Source: Chlorobiota bacterium (lineage in GTDB: Bacteria; Bacteroidota; Ignavibacteria; Kapaibacteriales; NICIL-2). Taken from it: 64,000 nucleotides of DNA. The position numbers and the translations under genes are program-made. Under the pieces are notes generated by a model. The model was not told the origin of the DNA. It was given only the letters and a program-made list of their open reading frames with translations, and did not search any database. Positions 19,711 to 28,329 of this stretch are shown in pieces; the stretch's first letter is position 1; each line of letters starts with the position of its first letter. The stretch lies in NCBI GenBank assembly GCA_026415505.1, contig JAOAGY010000010.1:18-64017 (forward strand), written 5' to 3'.

Positions 19711-20652
19711 TCACCACAGCGTCGCCGTCGTTCGTATTTCGCCGAACACGCCCCATGTCGGCACGAGCTGGATGCCGTTGGTGCGCTCGTAGAACGGCAG
19801 TTGTGCACCAAGTCGCACCACGAGCGGTTCCCATGCCGTGATGGCAAGCGCCGGGAGAATCTCCATGCGAAACGTCCCCGTTGCAGCAATGACGCGGTCG
19901 CCCTGTCGGTCGGGTGCGGTCCAGCGCAAGCGGCTCAGCAGCATCGGGACAAGTGGCACTTCGTCGAGTGCGGTCGTGCTCAGTGCCAGCAATGCTTGGA
20001 CGTCGGTTCCCATCGTGCGTCCGTTGACGTTCGGACCCGGTCGGCGAACGAGCAGTGAAAGTGCAGCATTCGCTGCCGGCTCGTCGAATCGGTACGACGC
20101 CAGTCCCCACAGCAACGCGTCCCACGAGCTGGTGCCTGGCTGAACGTCGAGCGGCAGTTCGATGCCGCCACTGGCGACGCGATAGTCGCCGGTCGGTGCT
20201 TTTGCGCCGACACCGAGCGCAAGGCTCCACGGCGACAGCGGCGCTGAGGGCACGATGCTGTACTTGACCAAACCGAATGCATCGCCGATGCCGGAGGCGT
20301 GGTATTGCTGGTAGAGTGTCGTGCTCCCGGTGGTGAGATTGACTGTGCGGGCTTTATCGGTGAACGGCAGTACCATCAACACGCTCCAGCGCTCGATCGG
20401 CGACAGTTCGACTTCGAGGTTGAGTGCGTGCGCCGATGCCACACTGCCGTTCGGATTGGGGATCGCGCGTGTGCCGTCGAGCGTCCGCTCCATTGCAGTG
20501 TAGTTGTACACTGCCGCAGCGGTCAGTGTGCCGGCTGCCAGCCCTGCCCGTTCTGTCCCGCCGAGAAACGTTCCTGCTCCCCCACAGCAGCTTTGGGCGT
20601 AACCGTGTGCCGCGAGGGCACTGGCAACGATGGCAGCAACCAGGAGTGTCAT
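19711..20652 (-). CDS. Putative outer-membrane beta-barrel transporter with N-terminal CC motif
   Basis: Signal peptide, QSCCGG, GIGD, GAKAPTG, QPGTSSWD motifs; C-terminal Trp. Confidence 0.65.
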   Translation of the reverse strand: MTLLVAAIVASALAAHGYAQSCCGGAGTFLGGTERAGLAAGTLTAAAVYNYTAMERTLDGTRAIPNPNGSVASAHALNLEVELSPIERWSVLMVLPFTDKARTVNLTTGSTTLYQQYHASGIGDAFGLVKYSIVPSAPLSPWSLALGVGAKAPTGDYRVASGGIELPLDVQPGTSSWDALLWGLASYRFDEPAANAALSLLVRRPGPNVNGRTMGTDVQALLALSTTALDEVPLVPMLLSRLRWTAPDRQGDRVIAATGTFRMEILPALAITAWEPLVVRLGAQLPFYERTNGIQLVPTWGVFGEIRTTATLW

Positions 20653-20999
20653 TGGTGAACGAAGATCGAAAATTCGCGCGTGTCGCTGGCGTTGTGCGGA
20701 TCGCGCACGACCACCTGCATCGTCGTTGTTGTGCCACTGCAGCACGGTGCCGGCAAGAATTGCACCGTTGCACCGCTACCGACGATATTGCCATCAGCAA
20801 CACGCCAGAAATATGAGAGCGAATCTCCGTCGGGATCGTGCGCATAGCAGGTCACATCTACTGCGTAGCCGACCATCGGCATGCCGTGAATGACCAAGCT
20901 ATCAATGACCGGTGCGCGGTTGTTCGGAGCCAGCGGCGAGGATGAATCTTTTGAACAACCGAGGACTGCCACGATGAGAAATAGCGGAAGATAGCGCAT
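20649..20999 (-). CDS. Small lipoprotein with an Ig-like domain
   Basis: Lipobox VLGC, NRAPVI, DPDGDSLSY.W; PCC motif. Confidence 0.7.
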   Translation of the reverse strand: MRYLPLFLIVAVLGCSKDSSSPLAPNNRAPVIDSLVIHGMPMVGYAVDVTCYAHDPDGDSLSYFWRVADGNIVGSGATVQFLPAPCCSGTTTTMQVVVRDPHNASDTREFSIFVHQ

Positions 21000-21025
21000 G
21001 GCGAAACCGATGTTGTGACGCTGAC

Positions 21026-21042
21026 CAAAATTACTAAATTTG
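21026..21042. promoter_or_regulatory. Back-to-back Bacteroidota-type -7 elements
   Basis: TAATTTTG on the minus strand (21026-21033) and TAAATTTG on the plus strand (21035-21042) between divergent genes. Confidence 0.6.
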
Positions 21043-21103
21043 CCGCGCAGACTCGCTGGTGCGAGTGGTGGTGGTTTGTTTCACAATCTCAAGGAGTGTT
21101 CCC

Positions 21104-21502
21104 ATGCGATACGTTCCCCTGATCGGGCGAATCCTGCTGTGCTTGCTTTTCCTGACGAGCGGCTTGACGTTCCACTTCACCCAGCAAGCGGTGCAGTACG
21201 CCGAGGCACAAGGAGTGCCGATGGCATCGCTGCTGGTGCCCTTGAGCGGGATTCTCGAAATCGTCGGTGCGCTCAGCGTCATCGTGGGCTATCGCGCCAA
21301 GCTCGGTGCGTGGCTGCTGGTCGTCTTCTTGGTGCCTGTTACGTTCATGATGCATAACTTCTGGGCAGTCGCCGATCCGATGCAGCGGCAAATTCAGATG
21401 ATGATGTTCATGAAAAATCTCGGCATGCTCGGCGGTGTGTTGCTGGTTGCCTATTGGGGTGCCGGTCCGATCAGTCTCGACGAGCGCAAAGCGCAGCAAT
21501 AA
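21104..21502 (+). CDS. DoxX family membrane protein
   Basis: GRILL...G...HNFW...FMKNLGMLGG...GAGPISLD; AAGGAG RBS. Confidence 0.92.
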   Translation: MRYVPLIGRILLCLLFLTSGLTFHFTQQAVQYAEAQGVPMASLLVPLSGILEIVGALSVIVGYRAKLGAWLLVVFLVPVTFMMHNFWAVADPMQRQIQMMMFMKNLGMLGGVLLVAYWGAGPISLDERKAQQ

Positions 21503-21516
21503 CCGGTAGCTATCGT

Positions 21517-21577
21517 ATCCCGACGGAACCTTCTCTGCGACGTACCTCTGCGCAGAGAAGGTTCTTTGTTTCGGGAT
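21517..21577 (+). terminator. Intrinsic terminator after doxX
   Basis: Perfect 14-bp stem GAACCTTCTCTGCG/CGCAGAGAAGGTTC (21526-21564) followed by TTTGTTT; outer ATCCCGA/TCGGGAT pairing. Confidence 0.75.
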
Positions 21578-21651
21578 TCGGTACAACCGTTGCACAAGTC
21601 AATACGTCAGTGTCGTAAGTTGTCGCATGTGGTTTATTGTGTGATATGCGT

Positions 21652-23385
21652 ATGGAACGGATCGAACAAATCATCGCGTCGCTGCGCCAGCAGGTGCAGA
21701 CCAATCCGCTGATGCGCGACATCGTCGAACTGATCGTCGCCATCGGTGAACAAGTTCTCGCATCGGACGACAGCCCAGCCGAAAGGGTGACAGACGCTGC
21801 ACCGTCGCACGTCGGCAAAAAGGAGGTTCCGGGCACTTCAGCCGACGAGCGAGCCGAACATCACGATCGAAAGCAGGGGCAGGCAGAGGAGCAGTATTCC
21901 CCGCCCTCGGCGGAGGATTTGGAGCGATTGGTCGAGCACTTCCGCAGCGGCAGAGCGTATCAGATTCACGCTTCCCAGAGCCGACGAAACGAGATCGAAC
22001 ACGAGCAGGAACGTCCCGAATTCCTTCGCGGGCGCGATCGTGCAACCGCAGTGGGCGGGCGAGACGATACGACGGCGGAGCCGCTCTACGATGTCGAATT
22101 GGTCGCCACGCGTGCACGGCTCAAAGCGGAAGTCGCGCGGTGGTGTGCCGATCGGCTCCGCGGCGAGATACCCTACGAAGCCGAAACGCGGTACTATCGC
22201 AGTGCCGTCGGACGAGCCAAAGCGCTGCCGCAATGCTACCTGTGGATGCTCGAATACCGCGGTCCCGCGTCGCTGCTCGAATACGTCGCCGATTGCTACG
22301 ATGCCATTGCCGACGTCGCCGAACTGCTCCCGCTGGTTCCCCGCGCCCAACGCCGCCCACGCTGGGCAGAAGAATTGCTCGACGTCGCCGCTGCGATTCA
22401 ATCGGCGCTGCACCATGTGCTCCGCGAGGCGGGGCTGGACGTGCGACGCTATCCCGATCCCGATCAAGATGCGGTCTTTACCTGGCTCAAATGGTACACG
22501 CGCACGTTCCAGAAGTTCATCCAGCGGCATATGGAACTGCGCGATCCGGCGGATTTCACGCGCATCCAACGGTGGGTCGAGGAACTCGATCGGCTCCGCG
22601 AGGAAATGCCGGCTGCTGCCGATCCGCTGAACGATCTCCCCGCAGAAGACCGACACGACAACGCCATCGAACCTGTGGCGCGTATGCAACTGGCGACACT
22701 CCAGGCAAAACAACATCTCCGCACACTTCGCTATCACGTCGGACACATCCTCCGCGGCAGCATCGACCAGGAACACCACTGGCGGCGCATCCGCGAGGAA
22801 ATCGAAACGATCGTCGAACTCGGCGTGCCACCGAGCAACATCGAGTTGCGCTCGATACTCCTGCCGATCGTCGATGATATGCCGACTGACGACACCTACC
22901 TGACACAGCCGGTACGCCTGGTGCTGCGTGAGATCGACCGATACATCACGCGGCAGGAAATACTCCAACCGACCGAGCAGGAACCACCACAACCGAGCGA
23001 GGAAGTCCGCTACGTCCGCCCCGTGCTGGAAGGAAAAACCATCGTGCTCATCGGCGGCGACGAACGCCCACACATGCGCCGAGCTATCGAAGAAGCTTTC
23101 GGATTGCGAGAATTGATCTGGGTCGCAACACGCCCCCACGAATCGCTCGAACTGTTCGTGCCATACATCAAACGGGACGACGTTGCCTTAGTGCTGCTGG
23201 CGATTCGCTGGTCGAGCCATAGCTACGCCGAGATTGCCGATCTGTGCAAGCGGTACGGAAAGCCCTTCGTTCGGCTGCCGGGAGGATACAACCCCAATCA
23301 AATCGCTGCGCAAATTGCCATGCAAGCTGCCAATGCACTCGGTCTGGAAGCTCCGGCGGCAGGACTTGAACCTGCGACCCTCTGA
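21652..23385 (+). CDS. Large hypothetical protein with a C-terminal DUF2325-like alpha/beta domain
   Basis: Long ORF with host-like codon usage; C-terminal VLIGG...LVLLAIRWSSH...GKPFV. Start uncertain (21637-21652). Confidence 0.7.
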   Translation: MERIEQIIASLRQQVQTNPLMRDIVELIVAIGEQVLASDDSPAERVTDAAPSHVGKKEVPGTSADERAEHHDRKQGQAEEQYSPPSAEDLERLVEHFRSGRAYQIHASQSRRNEIEHEQERPEFLRGRDRATAVGGRDDTTAEPLYDVELVATRARLKAEVARWCADRLRGEIPYEAETRYYRSAVGRAKALPQCYLWMLEYRGPASLLEYVADCYDAIADVAELLPLVPRAQRRPRWAEELLDVAAAIQSALHHVLREAGLDVRRYPDPDQDAVFTWLKWYTRTFQKFIQRHMELRDPADFTRIQRWVEELDRLREEMPAAADPLNDLPAEDRHDNAIEPVARMQLATLQAKQHLRTLRYHVGHILRGSIDQEHHWRRIREEIETIVELGVPPSNIELRSILLPIVDDMPTDDTYLTQPVRLVLREIDRYITRQEILQPTEQEPPQPSEEVRYVRPVLEGKTIVLIGGDERPHMRRAIEEAFGLRELIWVATRPHESLELFVPYIKRDDVALVLLAIRWSSHSYAEIADLCKRYGKPFVRLPGGYNPNQIAAQIAMQAANALGLEAPAAGLEPATL

Positions 23386-23424
23386 TTAACAGTCAGATGC
23401 TCTAACCAACTGAGCTACGCCGGA
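23351..23424 (-). tRNA. tRNA-Asn(GTT), CCA not encoded
   Basis: TCCGGCGTAGCTCAGTTGGTTAGAGCATCTGACTGTTAATCAGAGGGTCGCAGGTTCAAGTCCTGCCGCCGGAG folds as a cloverleaf with anticodon GTT. Confidence 0.97.
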
Positions 23425-23433
23425 AACGCGGCG

Positions 23434-23441
23434 CAAAAATA
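23434..23441 (-). promoter_or_regulatory. Bacteroidota-type -7 element for tRNA-Asn
   Basis: TATTTTTG on the minus strand, 9 nt upstream of the tRNA 5' end. Confidence 0.65.
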
Positions 23442-23473
23442 CGGCAGCGAACCGATTTTTTCGATGGGGTCGC

Positions 23474-24172
23474 TTACTGGCGAGACTCCCGAAAGGGAGA
23501 CAGTTCCTGATGCAGACGAATCGCACGAACACTCAGGCGCACCGTGACGATCAACACCGCGATTGCCCCGAGCGACAACAGACTCGGCGAGCCGTAGAAA
23601 ATGAACAGGTCGTAGAGACCGTGCGCGATGATCGCTGCCACGATCGCTGCAATGTGATACGGGCGCGGCGATCCGGCGAACTTGGCAAGACCGAGGAAGT
23701 ATCCCATCAACACTGCATCGGCGGCATGCGCAGGGACGGCGGTGAACATCCGCACGAGCGCGATCGGCAATTGCATGTCCGCCCCGTGCGCGACGACGTA
23801 CATTACATTTTCGACTGTCGCGAATCCCATCGCGACCATCACCGTGTACGTGATGCCGTCGTACGGTTCGTCGAAGTCCGGTCGCCAATACACGTAAGTG
23901 CGCACGACGAAATACTTGGCGAGTTCTTCGACGGCGGCTACCACGAAAAATGCGTAGATGAACGCATGCAACAGTTGACTTGTATCCGGTTCGTAGAAGG
24001 ACGCGAGCGCCACCTCGACGATGCCGACGGGAATGGTGATCGAGGCTCCCCACAGAAAGCAACCGATGAGCAAATCGCGCGGTTCGCGGTCGTAGCGATC
24101 GAGCCACCACACGAGCGCCGCAAGAGCCGGTCCTGGCACGATCGCCAGCACCCAAATCCACCACTGTTCCAT
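23474..24172 (-). CDS. PrsW family intramembrane metalloprotease
   Basis: VEELAK, GFATVEN, PAHA, HGLYD motifs. Confidence 0.92.
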   Translation of the reverse strand: MEQWWIWVLAIVPGPALAALVWWLDRYDREPRDLLIGCFLWGASITIPVGIVEVALASFYEPDTSQLLHAFIYAFFVVAAVEELAKYFVVRTYVYWRPDFDEPYDGITYTVMVAMGFATVENVMYVVAHGADMQLPIALVRMFTAVPAHAADAVLMGYFLGLAKFAGSPRPYHIAAIVAAIIAHGLYDLFIFYGSPSLLSLGAIAVLIVTVRLSVRAIRLHQELSPFRESRQ

Positions 24173-24284
24173 TGTGCATGCCCTGTTGTCGGTTGCAAAT
24201 TTGAAGACAGCGTGCCACAATTCCAAATGCGAACCGATGCGTAAACGTCTTCCCTCGCATCAGATGCGCCGTGCGGCGAGCACA

Positions 24285-25505
24285 ATGCCACAGTGCACGA
24301 CGCTCTCCAACGGTATTCGTGTCGTGACCGACCAGGTGCCGTTTGTGCGCTCGGTTGCGCTCGGAGTGTGGCTCGATTGCGGAAGCAGGGACGATACGCT
24401 ACCGGGCACGGCGCATGTGCTCGAGCATGTGGTGTTTCGCCGCTCTCGACGGTATTCGGGCACCGAACGCTCGCGCGTGGTCGAATCGCTCGGCGCATAC
24501 CTGAACGCCGCGACGACGAAAGAGCAGACCTACTACTACGTCCGCGGACTTGCCGAACACTTCGAGCGATTGGCTGACGTTTTGGTGGAGCTGGCATTTG
24601 CGCCGGCATTCACGCGGGCGGACGTCGAAAAAGAACGCCGTATCGTCGCCGAAGAAATTCGCTCCTACGACGACGACCCCGAAGAAGTCGTCTGCGATCG
24701 GCTCGACGAACTTCTGTTCGGCTCACATCCGCTGGCGCGACCGATCGCCGGCACGCTCGAAACGCTCGGCGAGATCACGCCTGCTGTCCTCGCCGATTTC
24801 CACCGCCAGCAGTACATCGGTCACCGCTGCGTGGTCGTCGCCAGCGGTCCGCTCGAGCACGAGCGTGTCGTCGAGGTGGTCGCACGGCTTGCCGAGCGAT
24901 GGAACGTTCCCGCCGGTTCCACCAGTGCCGCGACCGATCGCCCGCCGCGCAAACGTCCGCCTCGTCGGGTACGCATCGAGCGCACGTTCCAGCAAGCGCA
25001 CTGTGCGTTCGGCATTCGTACCGACGGTGCTCGAAGCAAGGAACGCCATGCGCTGGCATTGCTGAATGTTCTGCTGGGGGATAGCGCCAGCTCGCGTTTG
25101 TACCGTCGCGTGCGCGAACGTCGTGCGTTAGCCTATGCGGTGTATTCGTCGCTCCAGCTCTGGAGCGACTGCGGCGAGCTGACCGTTTATGCCGGCATCA
25201 AAACCGATCGGACCGACGAGGCGATCGCAGCAATCGAGGACGAAATCGCGCGACTGGCTTCGGTACCGCCGACGGCAGCCGAGTTTTCCCGCGCTCGCCA
25301 GCAACTGCGCTCATCGCTGCTGATGAGCACCGAAAGCCTGTCGGCACGGATGCATGCCATTGCGCACATGGTGCTCGTCGAAGGGCAATTGCAACCGCTC
25401 GAGGCGATCGTCAGTGCCGTCGAAGACGTCACGCTCGACGAGGTTCGCCAGGTCGCTCATCGCTACGGAAAGGTCGAACAGTGGTCGCAGGTGCTCTGTC
25501 AGTAA
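24285..25505 (+). CDS. M16 family zinc peptidase
   Basis: HVLEH inverzincin motif, LNAATTKE, SSRLYRRVRE..LAY. Confidence 0.92.
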   Translation: MPQCTTLSNGIRVVTDQVPFVRSVALGVWLDCGSRDDTLPGTAHVLEHVVFRRSRRYSGTERSRVVESLGAYLNAATTKEQTYYYVRGLAEHFERLADVLVELAFAPAFTRADVEKERRIVAEEIRSYDDDPEEVVCDRLDELLFGSHPLARPIAGTLETLGEITPAVLADFHRQQYIGHRCVVVASGPLEHERVVEVVARLAERWNVPAGSTSAATDRPPRKRPPRRVRIERTFQQAHCAFGIRTDGARSKERHALALLNVLLGDSASSRLYRRVRERRALAYAVYSSLQLWSDCGELTVYAGIKTDRTDEAIAAIEDEIARLASVPPTAAEFSRARQQLRSSLLMSTESLSARMHAIAHMVLVEGQLQPLEAIVSAVEDVTLDEVRQVAHRYGKVEQWSQVLCQ

Positions 25506-25509
25506 TCCG

Positions 25510-26397
25510 TTATCGGACGCGAGGAACGACGGCATCGGCACTCCAGAGAAGCTTTTGGCGGAGCACATCGAAGTACGTCGTGTCGGATCGCTTGATCAAG
25601 CGTGCGCTGCTTTGGGATCGGCGGATCGTGCAGCGCATTTCCGGCTCGAACGGTGCCACGTGCTGCCCGTCAGCCACCAGCGATGCAGCGTGACTTTCGG
25701 CATCGAGCATGAGCGTGACTTCCGATGTGTCGCTGACGACGAGCGGACGAAGCGTGAGCATGTGCGGACAGATCGGAACGATGCCGAGCACCGGCGCCGA
25801 GGGCGTGATGATCGGACCGCCGCACGAGAGGGCGTAGGCAGTCGAACCGGTGGGCGTGGTCACCAGCAATCCATCGGCGCGGTAGCGAGCGATGTAGTGT
25901 TCGTCCACCCACGCGTGAATGGTGATCATGCGCGACGAATCGCGCTTTTCGATCGCGAATTCGTTGAGGGCGTAGAGTGTCGTTGGTTTGTCGTCGATTT
26001 CGACGCTCGTTTCGATGAGCGCACGATCGACGATGCGGTAACGTCCGGCGAGAACATCGTCGATCGTTCGGCGGAGATCGTCGGCGGGGAATTCCGCCAA
26101 AAAGCCGAGCTTGCCGAGATTGACTCCCAGCAGCGGCAAATCGCTTTCTGCCAACCGTCGCGCACAGGCGAGCATCGTGCCATCGCCGCCGAAACACATG
26201 ACCACATCGGCGAAGCGACCGAAATCTTCCAGCGGCAATGCCTCGACGTTTTCGGCGACCGACGGAAGCATGCGTGCCTTGACTTCCGGCTCGACGCAGA
26301 CGTCCGCGCCGCGTTCGAGCAGAATTTCGACCGCTTCGACCACACGCCGGAGTGCGTCGGTTTTGCCCAAGTTGACGTAGAGTCCGATGCGGTTCAT
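25510..26397 (-). CDS. nadK: NAD kinase
   Basis: GGDGT, NLGKLGFL, NE, DGLLVTTPTGSTAYALSCGGP. Confidence 0.96.
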   Translation of the reverse strand: MNRIGLYVNLGKTDALRRVVEAVEILLERGADVCVEPEVKARMLPSVAENVEALPLEDFGRFADVVMCFGGDGTMLACARRLAESDLPLLGVNLGKLGFLAEFPADDLRRTIDDVLAGRYRIVDRALIETSVEIDDKPTTLYALNEFAIEKRDSSRMITIHAWVDEHYIARYRADGLLVTTPTGSTAYALSCGGPIITPSAPVLGIVPICPHMLTLRPLVVSDTSEVTLMLDAESHAASLVADGQHVAPFEPEMRCTIRRSQSSARLIKRSDTTYFDVLRQKLLWSADAVVPRVR

Positions 26398-26687
26398 GCG
26401 TGAGCGTCGGGCGGTGGCGATTGATGCGTCGTGGTGCGAGCCTCGCGGAGCTGGACGTAGCCGAGCCGAAGCTGTGTGAGCGCCTGGAGCAGGAAGTGTT
26501 CTTCGTCCTCGGTGCGATTGGCGCGCGTGCGTTCTTCGATGACTTCGAGCAGCTCGATCGCCATCTGGGCGCTGTCGAGATCGGTTTTGTGCTCCCCGCT
26601 CGATGGGTCCGGCACGTGTCCGAGTGCGACGAGCGCATTGTGCACGAAGATCGCCGCGACATCCCGCAAGTCAGGACGCCGGTTCAT
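26394..26687 (-). CDS. DUF1844-like protein
   Basis: ALVALGHVPDP...AQMAIELL...RTRAN...LRLGYV pattern. Confidence 0.75.
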   Translation of the reverse strand: MNRRPDLRDVAAIFVHNALVALGHVPDPSSGEHKTDLDSAQMAIELLEVIEERTRANRTEDEEHFLLQALTQLRLGYVQLREARTTTHQSPPPDAHA

Positions 26688-27004
26688 CGCTCTGCCGAGG
26701 GACGATTGCGGAACATCTCCAGCATCCGATCGGTGACGACGAACCCACCGACGACGTTGAGCGTGCCGAGCACGACGGCGACGAATCCCAGCACCATTGC
26801 AGCGACGTTGTCCGGCGATGCATGACCGAGCACGACGATCGCACCGATGAGCACCACGCCGTGGATCGCATTGGCACCCGACATCAGCGGCGTATGCAGC
26901 ACCGCCGGCACTTTGGCGATGACCTCGACACCGACGAAGATCGAAAGGATGAGCACGTACACCATTTCGATGTGCGTGCCGAGAAACGTCACGAGCGCTT
27001 CCAT
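26684..27004 (-). CDS. NAD(P) transhydrogenase alpha subunit, membrane part (alpha-2)
   Basis: VPAVLHTPLMSGANAIHG and NVVGGFVVTDRMLEMF signatures. Confidence 0.93.
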   Translation of the reverse strand: MEALVTFLGTHIEMVYVLILSIFVGVEVIAKVPAVLHTPLMSGANAIHGVVLIGAIVVLGHASPDNVAAMVLGFVAVVLGTLNVVGGFVVTDRMLEMFRNRPSAER

Positions 27005-27156
27005 CGCAGACAACCGCAAGCGATAGGTTCGACCGAAGCGAAACTACGAAAAGCCACGGTAGCGATTGGTCGGTAGTGCTCGGCGGCTACGACATCGTCT
27101 GCGCTCGATGTGCTATCGCGGCTGTTGCGTGTAGGTCGTCGCCATTCCTGTACCGA

Positions 27157-28329
27157 CTATTGGCGCGACAATGCCGACTGGCTGCCGAGCGTGCGGGCGA
27201 GCCGCTCGATCGTTTCGGCGATGCGTTCGAAGCGGGTTTGCTCGGCGGCACGCCGGGCACCAGCCGCAAAGCGATCGAGCGAGGTTCCCGCCAGCATATG
27301 CTCGAGCGCTGCTGCCAGTGCTGCCGCATCGTGCGGCGGGACGACCAGTCCGGCATCGTACCGGCGCACGTCCTCGGCTAAGCCGCCGACGTCGGTCACT
27401 ACCACCGGCTTGCCGAACGCAAAAGCGATGCGCTGAACGCCCGATTGCGTCCCCGAATGGTACGGCAACACGACGACGTCCGCTGCAGTGTAGTAGAGCG
27501 GCACGTCTTCGTTCGGGACGTATTCGGCGATCCAACGGATGCGATCGGCGACGCCGCTGGCAGCAATGAGCCGGTGGTAGCGTTCGGGGTTTTCGTAGCA
27601 TTCGCCGACGATGAGCAACACGGCGTCGCTGGCGTCGAATCGAGCGAAGGCTTCGATGAGCGTCGCCAGTCCCTTGTACGGTCGGATGTAGCCGAAAAAG
27701 AGCACAACGCGCTTGCCGTCGAGTCCCAGATGCCGCTTGGCGTCGGCGGGTGTCCATCGAACTGGTGCGATGTCGGGCGTGATGAGCAGCGGCAAATGTG
27801 CGCGCTCGACCCGACGGTCTGGATACAGCCGTTGCAGTTCCGTGGCGACCGCATCGGAAAAGGCGATGAACGCATCGGCGAATCGAAACATCCGCCGTGT
27901 CAGCCACCGATCGACCAAGCGTGCCTCGTGCGAGACGATGTTCTCCGCCAAGATTACGATCGGCGCCCGGCAGCGGCGACGCAGCACTCGGAGAATCGTT
28001 CCGTAGCACAGACCGAAAAACGGTTGGTACCAGTCGAGCAGCACCACATCGGGAGCCATCGCCGCGATCGCCGATGCTGTGCGGTACCACGTCGGTAGCG
28101 CGATCGAGTCTATCGTGCGTCTGGCGGGATGCGGTTTGATTGGATGTGTGCTGACGTCTTCTTGTCGCGTGCCCGGAAAGAGCAATTGCGGATACAGACG
28201 CGAAAAGCTGAACACCTCGACCGTGTGGCGCTCCGCCAGCAGGTGGTACAAATGCCCGACGACCGCTGCAGGTCCGCCGCGGTACGGATACGCAGGACCG
28301 ACGATCGCGATGCGCAGCGCCTTACTCAC
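27157..28329 (-). CDS. Glycosyltransferase family 4 (start GTG 28329 or ATG 28359)
   Basis: GPAYPYRGG, FFGYIRPYKGL, VLPYHSGTQSGV, TDVGGL. Confidence 0.9.
   Translation of the reverse strand: MSKALRIAIVGPAYPYRGGPAAVVGHLYHLLAERHTVEVFSFSRLYPQLLFPGTRQEDVSTHPIKPHPARRTIDSIALPTWYRTASAIAAMAPDVVLLDWYQPFFGLCYGTILRVLRRRCRAPIVILAENIVSHEARLVDRWLTRRMFRFADAFIAFSDAVATELQRLYPDRRVERAHLPLLITPDIAPVRWTPADAKRHLGLDGKRVVLFFGYIRPYKGLATLIEAFARFDASDAVLLIVGECYENPERYHRLIAASGVADRIRWIAEYVPNEDVPLYYTAADVVVLPYHSGTQSGVQRIAFAFGKPVVVTDVGGLAEDVRRYDAGLVVPPHDAAALAAALEHMLAGTSLDRFAAGARRAAEQTRFERIAETIERLARTLGSQSALSRQ

Noticed and set aside
16227-23351. tRNA-Asn-anchored integrative element
   Set aside because: No integrase, and no direct repeat of the tRNA 3' end was seen by eye at the far boundary.
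23348-23351. tRNA without an encoded CCA
   Set aside because: Common in many bacteria; CCA is added enzymatically.
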